Shown piece after piece: positions 8,901 to 15,054 of a DNA stretch of 18,976 bases. Position 1 is the stretch's first letter. Every line of letters starts with the position of its first letter. The translations under genes and the position numbers were made by a program. Source of the DNA: Candidatus Thorarchaeota archaeon. Lineage in GTDB: Archaea; Asgardarchaeota; Thorarchaeia; Thorarchaeales; Thorarchaeaceae. Location of the stretch: positions 2,636,012 through 2,654,987 of the forward strand of contig CP070761.1 of NCBI GenBank assembly GCA_020348985.1, read 5' to 3'. The notes beneath the pieces were generated by a model that was not told where the DNA came from, did no database searches, and worked only from the letters and a program-made list of their open reading frames with translations.

Positions 8901-9299
8901 AAGCTGTTTCACGCGCTGCACAGACATCGCAATGAGCGCCATTGCCTTTCGTGTCGCCTTCTCAGGCTCATTCATGTGGCACCAGCTGACATGCTCACGA
9001 AGATTGACTTGATCATACAAGTACCGATTGAGTCCTGCTTCTTCAACACACTTTCTGAAGACTGGTTCGTGAGTGCGAGGTGTGCAACTCGCTACAACCA
9101 CACCGTCTAGCGAATGATCGGTTATTGCTCTCTGTATTGCAACCTGACCGTCATCGGAGCATGCGAACAGCAAGTCCGTCGAATATGCCACGCCGGGCAG
9201 ATAACCAGCGTAATTCGCTACTGCAGGACAGTCTACCGTGCCAGCGATGTTGAGACCGCAGTGACAAACGAAAACTCCAATTCTACCTAGTTCAGCCAT
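5928..9299 (-). CDS. hdrA: Large HdrA with an inserted GltD/NfnB(SudA)-like NAD(P)H:flavin oxidoreductase module (HdrL-like), 1123 aa
   Basis: HdrA N-domain (VCHCG, CS, SCTP, HVSWCH), GGGVAG, DCAICIL, CTGCGECEDACP; then GltD-like CRITCPAH...GRVCTSPCEDKCER, GAGPAG, GGGNAAIDAA, YRRSR, EAGRCLSCG; then the HdrA second half (CVGSRD, EAHPKLRPVD) and a C-terminal ferredoxin domain. Confidence 0.92.
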   Translation of the reverse strand: MAELGRIGVFVCHCGLNIAGTVDCPAVANYAGYLPGVAYSTDLLFACSDDGQVAIQRAITDHSLDGVVVASCTPRTHEPVFRKCVEEAGLNRYLYDQVNLREHVSWCHMNEPEKATRKAMALIAMSVQRVKQLEPLVRQRVNIIPKVAVIGGGVAGISASLDLANAGFNTYLIERRPTIGGQMALLDKVFPQSDCAICILGPIMSQVGQHPRINLMTYSEVDNVDGYVGNFRLKIRQKSRYIDTMKCTGCGECEDACPVEVPSEYEFGLANRTAIYRPFPQAVPNKYTIEKKGHATCRITCPAHVNIQGFVQLLHDGKFTEALNLYRDVSPFPGVLGRVCTSPCEDKCERGKYDAPVSIRNLHRFLADKEIEQGAEPVAILPLDKEDKVAIIGAGPAGIACAHDLIRSGYPVTIFEAKEAAGGLLRYGIPEFRLPRDIIDLEIKRVENLGVEFKMGKRIESLDELKEMGYKAVFIGTGAPFSIRLRIEGEDASGVFHALDFLDRVNSGKNVTIGDKVAIIGGGNAAIDAARTALRLGAKQVSIVYRRSRQEMPALAHEIDEAEREGVKILFLTQPISVKEEQGIVKGIKCIQMRLGDIDSSGRRRPVPVPDSEFTIKLDNIIIAIGQEVKPTGPLWELEHTEWGTLSVDSRTMQSSKPGVFAGGAVVLGGGGTVIEAVAHGKTAADSIARHLQGIDLLKARDDTLSPIPYVDVDIARLGQNMRPAMPTLGKSKRLRSFAEVELGLSEKAAVEEAGRCLSCGVCSECLQCLTVCEPNAIDHSLGDKISEIQVGAIVVTTGFKIYDPIETREYGFGTFDNVVTSAQFERFTNAAGPTKGKIKRPSDHEIPKSVAFIQCVGSRDRRVDADYCCYIGCENSLKQATQIKEKYPETEVTIYAMDIRTHGLGYESLYHRAREMGVIIVKGRPSEVEEIPGSKSLKVLAEDLYTGERLETTHELVVLATAILPHDDMKDFARKFKLSTGEYGYLLEAHPKLRPVDAFQDGVFLAGACLGPMDIPKAVAYGKAAAAGAQSLLTPGQFQIEPMFAEIDTELCMDCDLCGEICPYNAVVGERDERKVLSELCQGCGTCAGGCPMNAIDIHHYKREQIMPVIEAAAKVKGGVET

Positions 9300-10198
9300 T
9301 ACGCGACACCTCCTAGCTTCTTCAGCTTCTCAACGAATTTGTCGGTCTTTACTGTGTGATGCGTCAGACCGATTTCTTCCGGTGAGTATCCAAACGCCAA
9401 AGCAAGGATCTGTGGATAATGCAGCACGGGTATCTCAAGCTCATCCATTCCGAATTTCCGTTTGATAATCCTCTGTCCCATGTCATGCTGTAGATGGCAG
9501 AGTGAACAGACGGTGACCAACCCATCGAGGTCTGCATTGTCTGCATCGACGAGTCGTTCATGCAGAACCATATCGGCCAGATCATCCTGAATTCCACGAA
9601 GTAAGCCTCCGCAACACCTGTGTTTTCCGGTGTACATCTTGCTCGTGACACCAAAAGTTTCTAGAATCGTGTCAGCGAACGTGGGCCGCTCGGAATACTC
9701 TATGTTCAGCATCTCATGTGGTTTAAGCATATGACAACCATAACGCAAGCCAACCTCAATGCCGGTCAAGTCGACAGTCGAGTGTTGCTTGAGCTTCTCA
9801 ACTCCCACGTCGTTGTATAGGAAGTCTACGAGGTGACGACCCTCGATGCTTCTATCATAACTCAATCCTGCTGCCCCAAGAATATCGTCAACTCTGGAGT
9901 GCAATTCAGGATACTTCTCCAAGGCATAGTTCACACGCTTGTAGGAGTGGAAGCACCCACTACACGGAGTCAACAAGTCTAGCCCCATCTCTTCAGCCTT
10001 GGCCATGTTGCGTGCAGCCATAGCAATGCTTGTTGTCAGATCCAATGACTGCATCCAGAACGGTGCACAACAAGTCTCGTTCGGCACGTCAACAACCTCA
10101 ATATCCAAGTGTTCCAACACCTTTCTCGTTGCCGCCTCGTATCCAATCAGGGACCTTCTTGTCGGCATAAGACATCCCCAGGCAATTGCCATCTTCAT
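9299..10198 (-). CDS. hdrB: Heterodisulfide reductase subunit B (copy 2)
   Basis: Two CCG domains with all ten Cys: WGC, TCCAP, PCSGC; YGCH, RCCGG, VCSLC; C-terminal [13 protein letters not shown]. Confidence 0.93.
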   Translation of the reverse strand: MKMAIAWGCLMPTRRSLIGYEAATRKVLEHLDIEVVDVPNETCCAPFWMQSLDLTTSIAMAARNMAKAEEMGLDLLTPCSGCFHSYKRVNYALEKYPELHSRVDDILGAAGLSYDRSIEGRHLVDFLYNDVGVEKLKQHSTVDLTGIEVGLRYGCHMLKPHEMLNIEYSERPTFADTILETFGVTSKMYTGKHRCCGGLLRGIQDDLADMVLHERLVDADNADLDGLVTVCSLCHLQHDMGQRIIKRKFGMDELEIPVLHYPQILALAFGYSPEEIGLTHHTVKTDKFVEKLKKLGGVA

Positions 10199-10767
10199 TC
10201 CTCAGACTCCCTCCCTTCATTTGCCTCTATGATTTCCAAGAAGCCCGAACTCTGTATTATCTTGTGAAGTTGTTCCATATCGGGCTCGGAAAAAGGTGGC
10301 AATCCAAGCTCTTCTCTTATTTTGCCAACGTGACCAGTAGCTTTGCTCACTCTTCCGTGCTCCATCACAGTCTTTGCCATCTTGACGTATCCAGGTGCCG
10401 CATGGCCTTCCTCACTAGCCATATTCCTAAGAACGGTGACAACGTCGGTGAAGTTGACTTCCTGAACGCATCTCTCTTCACAGGTAAAACATGCTGCGCA
10501 AAGCCAGAGGTTTTCGCCAACGAGGACTTGTTCTCTAAGACCCAGAAGCACATTGCCCAAGACCCTGCGGGGTCTGTAGTCAATCACTGACCCAACCGGA
10601 CATCCACCACTGCAAGCCCCACACTTTAAACACCTGAGGAGTCCTTCGCCTCCGAATTTGTCGGCAACCTCATACTTGAAGGCGCTATCCACATCGGCGT
10701 CCCGAACGGGAACGTCACTTCTGTAAGGTTTGGGTTTACGCACGCTATCTGAGTTGCTTCCTTCCAT
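10195..10767 (-). CDS. hdrC: Heterodisulfide reductase subunit C (copy 2)
   Basis: [14 protein letters not shown] and [14 protein letters not shown]; directly precedes hdrB. Confidence 0.92.
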   Translation of the reverse strand: MEGSNSDSVRKPKPYRSDVPVRDADVDSAFKYEVADKFGGEGLLRCLKCGACSGGCPVGSVIDYRPRRVLGNVLLGLREQVLVGENLWLCAACFTCEERCVQEVNFTDVVTVLRNMASEEGHAAPGYVKMAKTVMEHGRVSKATGHVGKIREELGLPPFSEPDMEQLHKIIQSSGFLEIIEANEGRESEE

Positions 10768-10773
10768 GTCGTA

Positions 10774-11655
10774 TCACCTACCCTCCTTCAGCGCAGCGAG
10801 AATAGGATTGGCGCTGATGCGGTTTAGATGGAATCCCATCAAGTTTTCATCCAGTCCAAGAGCAGGTCCTAGGAACTGTGTCAACGGCATAACGGGAATA
10901 CGATCGTTTCCATTGGCGCCCTCTCCAAACTGAACCTGTGTAAGCTGGATGTCGCAGAAGGCGCAAGCCGTAACGATTCCAATGGCACCTGCAGACCGAA
11001 CATTTGCAATCTTCTCCGCGCCAATCTTGCTTGAAGCTGTCTCGTCCATGGCCAGAAGCGGACCGCCACAACATCGAGTCCTCCCAGGGTATCTCACTGG
11101 CACGCCACCTACAACTTCGATGACCTTGTCAATGATAGATGGATTCTCGGGGTCATCCACTCGTGCGAGTTCGTGTGGCCTAGTCACGTGACATCCGTAG
11201 TGTGCCGCAAGTCGAACACCTTCGTAGGGTCTCGTGACTGCTCTTTCAATGGCTTTGTATCCAATGTCTTCGCGAAGAACCTGAAGCAGATGCTTAACTT
11301 GCGTCTTGCCCGTGTATTTCAACCCCTCCTCTTTGAGTATAGAGTTGAGTTCATCACGAGCCGCCTCGTCAGTGTCCAGGGCATGTTTGGTGTGTTTCAA
11401 TGATCCAGAACAAGCCCCACAAATCGCGAGTATGTCCTTGCCCTCTTTTTCAGCGAGAGCAAGAATCCTGCCGCCCAAAGCATGAAACGCGTTATCATTG
11501 AGTGATTCGACATACTGTGCACCACAGCAGGTGGTCTCCAACATATCAATCGCTGTCACACCAAGGCGTTCAAGCACGAGCTTCGTTGTCGCCTCGTAAG
11601 CTGGAAGCCTCACTGGAGTTGTGCATCCTCTGTACAGCAAAATCTCAACCATCAT
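10774..11655 (-). CDS. hdrB: Heterodisulfide reductase subunit B (copy 1)
   Basis: YRGC, TCCGA, ICGAC; HYGCH, RCCGG, ACAFC: two complete CCG domains. Confidence 0.93.
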   Translation of the reverse strand: MMVEILLYRGCTTPVRLPAYEATTKLVLERLGVTAIDMLETTCCGAQYVESLNDNAFHALGGRILALAEKEGKDILAICGACSGSLKHTKHALDTDEAARDELNSILKEEGLKYTGKTQVKHLLQVLREDIGYKAIERAVTRPYEGVRLAAHYGCHVTRPHELARVDDPENPSIIDKVIEVVGGVPVRYPGRTRCCGGPLLAMDETASSKIGAEKIANVRSAGAIGIVTACAFCDIQLTQVQFGEGANGNDRIPVMPLTQFLGPALGLDENLMGFHLNRISANPILAALKEGR

Positions 11656-12146
11656 AATATACCTCCAAGATACCGTTTCCTTACTCGTTCTGTGAATTCG
11701 CTATTCCAATGCAGGTCTGTATCGAGACCCAAATCCTCTCTATCATCTTCGATGAAGTCTGAGTAGGAGTCCTTCAGAATCCAACCATCGTCAAGGACAA
11801 GCCGAGCAGTGGAACGAAAGATTTCAGGGACATGTCCTTCTTGAACTGCTAGATGTCGAACTGCCTGGAATATGTCTGCCGGGCTGACATCTTCTTGACA
11901 CCTATCTTCACACATTCGACATGTCATGCAGAACCAAGGTATGTCGCTCTTCAGCACCTCTTCCCTCTTCCCGATTAGTATCTTCTGAATCAATTTTCGT
12001 GGGCGGTAGATGTCCGACACTGATGAAACCGGACAAGTAGCGGTGCAAATACCGCATTGTATGCAACGAGAAAGAAGTTCGCCACCTGGGAGGTCGGATA
12101 GCTCAAGTGCAAAAGCAGAACTCGGTGAGTGCGGCTCACTAGTCAT
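11652..12146 (-). CDS. hdrC: Heterodisulfide reductase subunit C (copy 1), 164 aa; first gene of the operon
   Basis: CIQCGICTATCPV and WFCMTCRMCEDRC. Start moved from 12263 to ATG 12146 (MTSEPH...), which has AGGAGATGG upstream. Confidence 0.9.
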   Translation of the reverse strand: MTSEPHSPSSAFALELSDLPGGELLSRCIQCGICTATCPVSSVSDIYRPRKLIQKILIGKREEVLKSDIPWFCMTCRMCEDRCQEDVSPADIFQAVRHLAVQEGHVPEIFRSTARLVLDDGWILKDSYSDFIEDDREDLGLDTDLHWNSEFTERVRKRYLGGIL

Positions 12147-12770
12147 GGGCGCGATCCATCTCCTGTTCAACCAAAGCTGTCGTTGAAATATCACCCTGAG
12201 GTGAGGTCGCTTTCCGTTCGATGAATTCATGTTTGGTTCAAACGTTAAACTTACAGAAAACACGTCATTTGGAGAAATAATAACTATATCGAGTTAGGCT
12301 CCGGACAAACTGCTAGGATGTGCGTCGAAAACCAGTCAAATTAGAAGGCAATCTTGAATGAAAACAGACATTGAAGGCGTTCTTCTGCAACGGCACATTT
12401 TGCGTGTTGTTCCATTTCACAGTATTGAGACTCTCTTGCAGATTTCGAGTTTGAAATAAATCTCTGCAGATACGATAGTAATCGTTCATCCTGAGATATG
12501 CCTTCCAGCACAACCTGCGGTCGAATTGTACATATCGCAAATCTTCGTTTGAGCTGTCGTTATCATGATCGAAAACAAAAGCTCTTTCGGATTCCGTGGT
12601 CGTTCTCAGACAATCAACCATAGACCCAATCATTCAGGTAGCTGTCTCGAAATCCGCCAAGACTCAGCTATCGCACATTCAGAAGGCAAGACTAAAATGA
12701 AGGTCAAGGCCGCAAACGGTCGGCTAAAGACAGAGAGTTGTTGTGGAGTCTCCAGGCGCGGTGATTGGGT
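12147..12770. promoter_or_regulatory. Divergent intergenic control region (hdr/mvh operon versus aor)
   Basis: About 620 nt between head-to-head genes, with AT-richer patches near 12240-12290 and 12450-12460 and several short inverted repeats. Exact TATA/BRE elements cannot be assigned. Confidence 0.5.
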
Positions 12771-14957
12771 ATGGTTCTAATGGAGATGAAGTATGACATC
12801 CCTGAAATCAGACATGGTTATGCAAATCAAACACTCTACGTAGATCTGAGCAAGAAGACAATCGAAGTCAAGCCCGTCGATGAGAAGATGAAGGAGACCT
12901 TCACAGGCGGCAAAGGATTCGACCTTTGGCTCATGTGGAATGGACTCCCAAAGGACCGAGTCGTGAAGTGGGATGATCCGGAGAATGAGATCTGCATAGC
13001 AACAGGACCACTTGGTGGAGTGACAACTTACCCAGGCGCAGGGAAATCAATTGTCACAGCAATTTCACCGCTGACTGGTCAGCCTATCGACAGCAACGTC
13101 GGAGGTTACTTCGGACCACACCTGAAATTCTCCGGCTTCGATGCCATGGAAATTCAAGGGTGTTCAGCCGAGGAGGTCTACATCTTCATTGATGGGGATG
13201 AAGGCCTGGTTCAGATACTGAACGCAGGAGACCTGCCTGATAATGCATATGACATAACTCGGATCTTGACAGATAGACACACTGCAAAGGGTGGCAGGGA
13301 CATCTCCGTGGTTTCCGCAGGTCCGGGCGCCGACCACGCATGGATGGGCTGCCTGAACTTCTCCTGGTGGGACAACAAGCGAGAGGAGCCTCGTTACAAG
13401 CAGGCTGGCCGTGGAGGTACAGGCACTGTACTGAGGAACAAGAGAGTCAAGGCACTCGTGGCGAAGAAAGAGAGACTAACACTCGAGATGAACGGCCCAG
13501 CAGATCTTGACATGCTAAAGGCAGTCGCCAGAGAGCATTCAAAGGAAATCCTTGAACTTGACTCGCAACAGAACCGGATGCGTGTGGTTGGAACGGCTCA
13601 TCTGCCTGGCATTATGGATGAATTCGACCTGCTGCCAACAAGGAATTTCAGAGCAGGTAGTGATCCTGAGGCGAAGAATCTGCATGCCGAAGTATGGGAA
13701 GAGACCTACACAAACAGCGGCAAGGGCTGGGATGGATGTTGGAGACCTTGTGCCATCAATTGCTCACACTGCATTGAAGGTTTTGTGCCCAAGACAGGTC
13801 CGTTCGCCGGTAAGAAGGTGATTGTTGACGGACCAGAGTATGAGACAATTGCCGGATGCGGGTCGAATCTCGGCATCTTCGTTCCGCATTGGGTTGCCGA
13901 GTTGAACTTTTATTGCGATGCGTATGGGATAGACACTATCAGCTTCGGAACGACTATGGGCTTTGTGATGGAGCTGTTTTCTGAGGGGTACATTGACGAG
14001 AAGGCCACAGGAGGGCACAATCTCGAATGGGGTGCGGCGAAGGCTGCGTTGGCCGTTTTGCATGAGATAGCCAGTGGGGAAGGCTTTGGCGGCGAGCACT
14101 TCGGGAAGGGTGTGCAGTATTTGAAAGGCTACTTCGCGTCATCTGGTGCTGACGTACGGGTCATGGAAGACATCGGAATGGTTCACAAAGGTCTGGAGTA
14201 TAGCCTGTATGTGACGAAGGAGTCTCTGGCTCAGCAGGGCGGATACGGTCTCACACTCAAGGGACCACAGCATGACGAGGCCTGGCTGATCTTTCTTGAC
14301 ATGGTTCACAACTACATGCCAACCTTTGATGACAAGGCCGAGGCATTGCATTACTTCCCAATGTGGCGGACTTGGTTTGGTTTGAATGGGCTGTGCAAAC
14401 TACCTTGGAACGACGTCGTACCCCCAGATAACAGTGAGACCGACGAGCCAGCAAAGGTCCCCAGACATGTCGCCTTTTATGCTCGCTTGTTCAGTGCGAT
14501 GACTGGCCGCCAAGTTGACGGTGATGACCTTGTCCATATGAGCGAGAAGGTCTACAACTTTCAAAGGATCTTCAACATACGCCAGGGGAAGGGTCTCAGA
14601 GTCAATGATTCAAATCCACCTTACCGGAGTATTGGTCCAGTCACTGCCTGGGAATACGAGAGCAGACAAGAGAGGTACGACTCGCAGCTTCAAGAGAAAT
14701 GTGGGATTGACTGTTCCAACATGACATCAGAAGAGAAACTCGCGAAACTTAAGGAATATAGAATGGAACAATACATGTGTCTCACTGACGCGGTTTACAA
14801 GCGACGTGGGTGGACCCGTAATGGAGTGCCCACGATGGAGAAGGTGAACTCCCTGGGCCTGGATTGGATTCCAGACCTTGTGACTATTGTGAAAGAGCAC
14901 CAGGCAGATGAGCCTCCGTCACACACACTTCCAGAGAGCGATGAAGGCTGGAAATAG
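12771..14957 (+). CDS. aor: Tungstopterin aldehyde:ferredoxin oxidoreductase (AOR/WOR family), about 728 aa
   Basis: GYANQTLYVDLS, SPLTG..IDSNVGGYFG..LKFSGFDA, AGRGGTG, DGPEYETIAG.GSNLG, CDAYGIDTISFG; FeS Cys in CWRPCAINC and GLCKLPW; RRGWTRNGVPT. ATG 12771 lies 6 nt after GGTGA. Confidence 0.92.
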   Translation: MVLMEMKYDIPEIRHGYANQTLYVDLSKKTIEVKPVDEKMKETFTGGKGFDLWLMWNGLPKDRVVKWDDPENEICIATGPLGGVTTYPGAGKSIVTAISPLTGQPIDSNVGGYFGPHLKFSGFDAMEIQGCSAEEVYIFIDGDEGLVQILNAGDLPDNAYDITRILTDRHTAKGGRDISVVSAGPGADHAWMGCLNFSWWDNKREEPRYKQAGRGGTGTVLRNKRVKALVAKKERLTLEMNGPADLDMLKAVAREHSKEILELDSQQNRMRVVGTAHLPGIMDEFDLLPTRNFRAGSDPEAKNLHAEVWEETYTNSGKGWDGCWRPCAINCSHCIEGFVPKTGPFAGKKVIVDGPEYETIAGCGSNLGIFVPHWVAELNFYCDAYGIDTISFGTTMGFVMELFSEGYIDEKATGGHNLEWGAAKAALAVLHEIASGEGFGGEHFGKGVQYLKGYFASSGADVRVMEDIGMVHKGLEYSLYVTKESLAQQGGYGLTLKGPQHDEAWLIFLDMVHNYMPTFDDKAEALHYFPMWRTWFGLNGLCKLPWNDVVPPDNSETDEPAKVPRHVAFYARLFSAMTGRQVDGDDLVHMSEKVYNFQRIFNIRQGKGLRVNDSNPPYRSIGPVTAWEYESRQERYDSQLQEKCGIDCSNMTSEEKLAKLKEYRMEQYMCLTDAVYKRRGWTRNGVPTMEKVNSLGLDWIPDLVTIVKEHQADEPPSHTLPESDEGWK

Positions 14958-15054
14958 ATTCTCACGGTTTCTCTGGTAAACCATATATCCTCAAAATCCA
15001 AGATGTAGCTTGAACCAGAAGACTGGTTGTCCGGATTGGGGAGAAGCTCATACT

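Noticed and set aside
1-9299. Selenocysteine recoding in HdrA/MvhD, known in Methanococcales and some Asgard archaea
   Set aside because: The relevant motifs are Cys-encoded (DCSAC, DCAIC, CNWC, GCH..DCHY) with no in-frame TGA. The TGAs present are terminal and overlap the next start. The MvhA C-terminus is outside the window and could not be checked.
12313-12780. Intergenic ORFs 12313-12633 (-) and 12565-12780 (+)
   Set aside because: No recognisable motifs or convincing SD, and they overlap each other. A small gene cannot be excluded but is unsupported.
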